29,257 bases of DNA, from assembly GCA_001949185.1 (NCBI GenBank), contig BDGG01000011.1, positions 1,317,872 through 1,347,128 of the forward strand. The letters are read 5' to 3'. Shown here piece by piece: positions 22,372 to 29,257 of the stretch (position 1 is the stretch's first letter; each line of letters opens with the position of its first letter). The stretch is from Ramazzottius varieornatus. Lineage: Eukaryota; Animalia; Tardigrada. The notes beneath the pieces are model-generated. The model saw nothing but the letters and a program-made list of their open reading frames with translations. It did no database searches and had not been told where the DNA came from. Made by a program: the position numbers and the translations under genes.

Positions 22372-23617
22372 ATGAAGGATCTCTGCTGGAGATTTCGAGT
22401 CTCCTTTCTGAAATCTCCAGTCACGGTGTTTTTCTGGCTTGTGATTTTCGTATTTTACGGTCTGCTGTTTTTGATGACACCATCAACTAAAGTTCAAAAG
22501 AGAGCAGCTTCGTCGTCAACCGAGAAGAAGGTTCGAATATTCTGTCTGGTCCTGACACAGCCCAAGAACCATAGAAGCCACGCCAAGGCCGTGAAAGAAA
22601 CGTGGGGTCGCCGTTGTGATCAGCTGCTTTTCATCAGCTCCTTGGATGATCCTGATTTACCAGCAATCAATGCTGGTATACCGGAAGGAAGAGAGCATCT
22701 GTGGGCCAAAACGCGATCTGCATTTATGTACGGTAGGAACACAGACTCATTAGAGCTCGGCGGCGAAATGGACAAGAGGGGGTCGCCAAGCGTGCGCCAC
22801 TTGGGACAGCCAGCGTATCGTGTTCGTATGGCGAGTAGGCCAAGAATTTCCTGACATTTGGGATATGTTTCTCTTTGCAGATTTGCCTACAAGTTCCTGG
22901 ATGGCTTCGACTGGTTTTACAAAGCTGATGATGATACATACGCTATCATGGAAAACATGCGACACTTGCTGGTCAACTATTCACCGGACGAAACGCTGTG
23001 GTTCGGAAGTAGATTCCGTCGTTTCGTGAAACACGGCAAGTACTCAACATACTAATATTTAATATACTGTAAACGACTTGCGTAACATTCATAGTTAGTG
23101 GTAGCTCGATAAAAATATTCGATGAGTTCTCCATATTCTGCTTCTTCTGGTAGGTTACATGTCGGGTGGCGCCGGTTACGTTCTGAGTCGCGAGGCGGTC
23201 CGACGCCTTGTCGAAGACGGCTTCGGCAAGCAAAAATGCAAAAGGAACGAGAGCTTCGCCGAAGATGTGGAGATGGGTCGCTGTATGCAGACCCTAAAAG
23301 TCCGTGCTGGTGATAGTCGGGACGAGAAGAAGAGGAACCGCTTCTTCCCCTTCCTGCCGGCGGACCATCTGGCGCCCACTTTGCAGCGGCGAGTAAAGGT
23401 AACTCTTGCTCTGTCTTGTTTTCTCACTTTTGGTCTTTTCAGAATAATCCTAGATTTGACTGGCATTTGGCAGACTGCGTGGTACTGGAAGAACCTTTTT
23501 TACCCAGAGAAAGAAGGCAACGAATGTTGTTCACATCGAGCCATATCCTTTCATTACGTCACGCCGGGAAAAATGCGAGAGATGGAATATCTGACTTATA
23601 GTTTACGGACCTCTTGA
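22372..23617 (+). CDS. C1GALT1: Core 1 beta-1,3-galactosyltransferase (T-synthase, GT31), 4 exons
   Basis: Type II TM anchor; KKVRIFCLVLTQPKNH, AKAVKETWGRRCD, EGREHLWAKT, DWFYKADDDTY, GYMSGGAGYVLSREA, EDVEMGRCM, AGDSRD, CCSHRAISFHYV. Could be one of several paralogs. Confidence 0.92.
22750..22850. repeat. Intronic palindromic element with degenerate left arm (locus 11; C1GALT1 intron 1)
   Basis: cgTGCGCCActtggga at 22793; upstream gagctcggcggcga remnant. Confidence 0.65.
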
Positions 23618-23661
23618 CACCGGCAGATCAATTTCATAAGGCTGGCCTGACTGCAAATATT

Positions 23662-24318
23662 CTATAAGAAGCACTTGGATTTCTTCCGGCAGTCATTGCG
23701 GTTACAGCGGCTGGAGTCACAGTTGCAGATTTGCTCGGTTACGCCCGTGCTCTTGTCCTTCGTTTTCTTGCAGTCGTTGTTACGCAAAGTGGGAGCTTCC
23801 AGGGCACGACCACAACCTCGGGTAACGATCAAACCTGAGGAGAAAAACGCAACCTGGGAAAAAGGAGTTAAACCAGATAGTATTTACTAACCGGCGCACT
23901 CTTCCAGCTGATAACGATTAAAAAGTGCGCCACTTGAAAAAACAGTTTGTTCCATGTCCCAAAGAATATTGATTCAATTGAAGTTCGAGTATTAAGTCTA
24001 CGAGGATCCGTCGAGAAAGACAAGCTTACTTTTGTCAGCATCTTCGCGCATTGTCATCCAGCAAACATGGCTGCCATCCGGTCGAGCTGGGCAGGGCGCC
24101 AGTTGCGTCGGATTGGGTTCGTTACACTGCTGAAGGTTTCCGCCATCCGGAAAGCACACATAGCACTGGAAATCTAATAAATAAGTTGTTTTCAAAGCAG
24201 ACAGATACAGCATTCGGTTGGAATGAGACTTAGACATACCGCCAGCCGAATAAACGGCCTGAAGACTGGCTAATATAGGGACGACAATCATTAATAGAAT
24301 AAACCTCGCAAGATGCAT
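23662..24318 (-). CDS. Secreted Ly6/uPAR (three-finger/Quiver-like) protein, 3 exons
   Basis: Signal peptide MHLARFILLMIVVPILASLQAVYSAG|DFQCYVC...QQCNE...C...VCWMT...|LIVTRGCG...DC...ICNCDSSRCN. The CYxC, RGC and CxCxxxxCN landmarks of LU domains are present. Confidence 0.85.
23885..23975. repeat. Intronic palindromic element (locus 12; Ly6-like gene intron 2)
   Basis: CGGCGCA at 23892 and TGCGCCActt at 23926 (27-nt spacer). Confidence 0.8.
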
Positions 24319-25129
24319 CGTGCTTCAAGTATGTATATTTTCTGGCTGACGGGAAGACGTTATTGGAGCTAAAATGCGAAAGAATGAATCAGTATTCAAC
24401 ACGCAATTTGTCTAGCCTCACAAGGTGTAGAGAATCTAAAATAGCTGGGAAACGCTGACGGTTCACTGACAAAGTCTGGCAAGTAAACAAAGTTCGAAAG
24501 AGCCACAGACTTGCGCTGGTTCGTCGTCGACTCATCGTGCAGTCTGTACTGTGCGTACATACCAGGAAGGACCGCGCTCTATAACTGATCATCTGGTCGT
24601 ATACATCCAACACTATGCTAATGATTGTAATCGGGGTCCTGTGTTGATTTCCTAAAGAAAATGAATGATATCTCAATGGACTTCGAACTCTTGTCATGTG
24701 TTGTATGTACAGTAGATTTCTGCGGTACCAAAATGCGGTCGTGATGATGTTCCTCAATGGCTGAAAAAGAAGTTGACGTTTAGTCACCTTTCAAAACTTT
24801 TTGAGAAACGTGGGATGAAGGTCAATCAAAGGACCAACACGTTCTGCTGTTATACGGTACTATGATATCCGGTTAACAAATAGTCAAGTGGTTCTTCAAG
24901 GATGCGCTGCATACAAAAGCAGCACTATATCCTCTCCCCCTCCGCCACTTCGCACCTTGGCGCGTTCGTTGAATATACTAGGGTAAACAATATCATTTCG
25001 GCATTAATATTCAAAGCCCTCATCATCAATATGGCTCCTCAAGACCACCGTCCAAACAAGTACAGCCGCGGTAGAGTACCGCGCATTCAGCATACTGTAC
25101 TTACAAACAACTTGTTCGTGTACTCAACC

Positions 25130-25145
25130 AATTCCATATAAACGC
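25130..25145 (+). promoter_or_regulatory. Candidate TATA box for the LRR gene
   Basis: catataaaac at ~25135, about 150 nt upstream of the ATG. A ttcctccag just before the ATG suggests a 5'-UTR intron. Confidence 0.35.
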
Positions 25146-25291
25146 CACTTGCCATCTTCAAAGAGTTTTCACTTCCTTGTTCCGAAAGTCATGATCCGAA
25201 GCTGCACTTTCCTCACTTAGTATCTTCTGTTTAAATTCAGTTATCTAACTGGGAAGTTCAGTCACTATATGAAATCTTTTCCTCCAGCAAA

Positions 25292-26647
25292 ATGATTGGG
25301 CTGAGGTTACAATCTGTCGTTCTGTTGGCTTTCGTCGATGGCTGGTTGATTTTCGGCTGCCCCTTATTCAAGTCCCAACATTGTCATGCCGACTGTTCGC
25401 TGCCCCTCACCAACATTATCTGTCAGAACGTCCAAGACGCCGAACTGCAAAGCGTCCTTGAGCAGTACGCCAACATCTCCAGCAAGCCACTGCGCCTGAC
25501 CATCCAAAAGTCCCCTCAACTGCACTTCACTGCCCGCGTCTTCTCTTCCGTCATCGCCCAACTGCAAGACCTGCAAGTGGAGTCCGATACCATCGTCAAC
25601 GAGATCCCCAAAGGTGCCTTCAAGGAGCTTGCCAACCTCCGTTCCCTCGACCTCTCCAACAACCGCATTGCCCATCTCCACCCCGATGACTTTGCCGGGC
25701 TTCACAATATTCAAAACATCAAGCTGGAACGCAACCCCTTGATTGACATTGCCAGTGGCGTCTTTGACGACCTGAAAAAGCTGCAATGTCTGGATTTAGA
25801 CCACAACGCCTTGACATGTGACTGTAAACTGCTGTGGTTGAAGCAATGGTCGGCTTCTCATCCACAGTTTTGGCAAGATGACCGGATCATCTCCGATGAA
25901 AGTGGAGAAGAATGCGATGGAGACATACCGGATTGTGAATACCCGCCTCTGATGAAGGACAGGAACGTCACGGAAATACCCGACGATATCTGCCGTCAAG
26001 GACCCATTAGCGGGGTAGCCTGTCTTGAGTTACAGACAGCGCATTGTACCACCTATTGTGATAACTGGACACCGATGCAGATTCAGTGTTCCAATGTTGG
26101 CTACTCTGAATTGAAAAACTTGCTTGAGAAATACTCGAAATTAACGGACAGAGTACTTCGTTTGGATATTACAAAGTCATCGAATCTAGTTTTGAACACG
26201 ACTCTGTTCGAGGCGGTGAAAGTACAGCTGGTTCATTTAAGGCTCGATCATTCGAAAGTGCATCCTCAGCCGAGAATGTTTGCTAATTTGGAAAAGTTGG
26301 TGTACCTGGAGATGGAGGATTGTGAGGTGACGGGGAACGGCCTGTCGAGAGGGATGTTTGATGGCTTGACGGCGTTGCGCGGCCTGAATTTGGACGACAC
26401 TAATGTGGACCATATGGACGAGGGACTGTTTGCGCCGCTGAAGAGCTTGGCCTGTCTGAATATGGACGAGGACGATGACGGCGTCTGCGAGTGCGATATG
26501 AAGTGGATGCGGACATGGATGCATAATCACACGGACGTCTTTGATGAGAAGGTCCTCATGTATGATTACGGCCTCAAGGTGTTTTGTGATGGCGATGCCG
26601 TCGACTGTTCAGTCAAGAACTCCAACGTTTCTCAAGATGACTGCTGA
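25292..26647 (+). CDS. Secreted leucine-rich repeat protein (451 aa, single coding exon, two LRRNT-LRR-LRRCT modules)
   Basis: Signal-like N-terminus; extracellular-type LRRs (LANLRSLDLSNNRIAHLHPDDFAGL); LRRCT motifs NALTCDCKLLWLKQW and CECDMKWMRTW; no TM segment. Confidence 0.92.
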   Translation: MIGLRLQSVVLLAFVDGWLIFGCPLFKSQHCHADCSLPLTNIICQNVQDAELQSVLEQYANISSKPLRLTIQKSPQLHFTARVFSSVIAQLQDLQVESDTIVNEIPKGAFKELANLRSLDLSNNRIAHLHPDDFAGLHNIQNIKLERNPLIDIASGVFDDLKKLQCLDLDHNALTCDCKLLWLKQWSASHPQFWQDDRIISDESGEECDGDIPDCEYPPLMKDRNVTEIPDDICRQGPISGVACLELQTAHCTTYCDNWTPMQIQCSNVGYSELKNLLEKYSKLTDRVLRLDITKSSNLVLNTTLFEAVKVQLVHLRLDHSKVHPQPRMFANLEKLVYLEMEDCEVTGNGLSRGMFDGLTALRGLNLDDTNVDHMDEGLFAPLKSLACLNMDEDDDGVCECDMKWMRTWMHNHTDVFDEKVLMYDYGLKVFCDGDAVDCSVKNSNVSQDDC

Positions 26648-26749
26648 AAAGGCTAAACAGTCCGTAACTTAAGCCACTTTTGCTTTTATACATATTTTTA
26701 GCTCCTTGTTCGATTCTTGATCTGCTCACCACTTCTGCTTCTACAGTTG

Positions 26750-26870
26750 AAAAGTCGGCAAATGATTTCACCCCGATCACTTTCCCAAGTGGCGCATGCT
26801 CCTACCCTCGATACAACGCTAACGTGCGCCACTTCAGACAGCAATCTGGGTGAAATCATTTTTCCAGTTA
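26750..26870. repeat. Palindromic element (locus 13; intergenic, between convergent 3' ends)
   Basis: caagTGGCGCA at 26790 and TGCGCCActt at 26825 (28-nt spacer). Outer arms aaatgatttcaccc / gggtgaaatcattt. Confidence 0.88.
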
Positions 26871-27072
26871 ACGTTCAGTTTACGGATGACGGAAAACTGA
26901 AAATGCGTCGATAAAAAGAAATTACGACAAACAACAAAGGAAAAACTGTAAGAGTTGTAGCTTGGACGGAAAAGGGGTATGAAAATAATAATAATAATAC
27001 TTAATCACTGTACACGCGTAGGAAATACGGTAAAAAGTGCGAAAGAAAAATCATAAAACAGCGACTTTTAAA

Positions 27073-28656
<1,584 letters not shown>

Positions 28657-29110
28657 CTTCCTTCCGCTGCTGGTGGGGACGTTCCTGCAGGTACTTAGAA
28701 CTGGCTCACACCTACAAACAGAAGCATTAAAGTAAGCATATCGCAGGGTGAAGCAATGATAGGAAGAAGATAACGCTCGTTTTATCGCGTTCTGCAAAGA
28801 CATTCTCTTACTTTCGGTAAATCAACGAACTCAATCAAGCACTCGTACAACGGCGACGCCCACAAAGCGTACATGAAGAGCTTACGGGATTTCCTTTATG
28901 GGTCATCCTAACAGACTTTCAGTCTCTTACGTCATGCTTGACTGACGGGAAAGGCACAAACCACCCGTATCAAGGATGACGTCATGATATTTGTCTTAAA
29001 GCTGTGTAGGTTTCGACGTGTCGCAATTAAAATTTTCGGCTTTCAAAGCCTTTCTCCGAAGTCCGGCATTCATAGCTTCGTTTCTTCCCCATCCGTGCTT
29101 TCGTTTGCAG

Positions 29111-29180
29111 GTTCCCAGTGAGGGATCTTGGACGTCTGGAATCCAGTGGGCAGTGCTCCATCGTGGACAAGAATGGTGAG
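29111..29180 (+). other. Possible 5' exon of a divergent gene ending in ATG|gtgagt
   Basis: Polypyrimidine acceptor tttgcag at 29110 and aagaATG|gtgagt at ~29173. No coding sequence in the window to confirm it. Confidence 0.3.
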
Positions 29181-29257
29181 TGCGCGTGAGCTGTTATAAT
29201 ACAGGTTGAACAGAAGACGTTTCCGGCGCAAAAAAGGCCAAGTTTTCGTCTTCGTTT

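Noticed and set aside
23662-23680. CaaX prenylation motif at the end of the Ly6-like protein
   Set aside because: It ends C-F-L-stop (only two residues after Cys), and the protein has a signal peptide.
1236-26870. Palindromic repeats with fixed spacers read as a CRISPR array or bacterial REP/attC system
   Set aside because: Units are dispersed in spliceosomal introns, the spacers are homologous to one another, and there is no cas or integrase gene. The context is eukaryotic.
28657-28803. N-terminal targeting extension of PIP (MSLQNAIKRAL...)
   Set aside because: That ATG lies just inside a probable 5'-UTR intron (gtaag at ~28811, tttgtag at ~28712), so the ATG at 28656 is preferred. Not excluded without transcripts.

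Overview
Gene-dense eukaryotic (animal) DNA with many short GT-AG introns (mostly about 50-120 nt), so the ORF track only catches exon fragments. The style suggests a compact invertebrate genome such as a tardigrade, but that is a weak inference. Genes reconstructed by hand, in order: 5' end of RPL3 (-); ADRM1/Rpn13 (-); a frameshifted RNF14-like RBR E3 ligase (+); an F-box gene (+); a secreted prepropeptide ending in a 14-aa four-cysteine peptide (+); a small 4-TM protein (-); RNF25 (-); a degenerate BTB-BACK gene (+); CFAP20 (+); DcpS (-); a repeat/transposon island (35-bp minisatellite, hAT-type non-autonomous element with 8-bp TSD, MITE, RLE-type retrotransposon fragment); a SWIB-domain gene (+); C1GALT1 (+, with a GC-AG intron); a soluble Ly6/uPAR-like protein (-); an internally duplicated secreted LRR protein (+); and an intron-containing bacterial-type proline iminopeptidase (-) with one in-frame TAG at a conserved Trp. 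The most striking unexplained structure is a dispersed family of 16 palindromic units at 13 loci (AAGTGGCGCA-N27-TGCGCCACTT). They lie almost only in introns, keep a nearly fixed 27-nt spacer despite sequence divergence, and have arms that appear to co-vary within individual copies.
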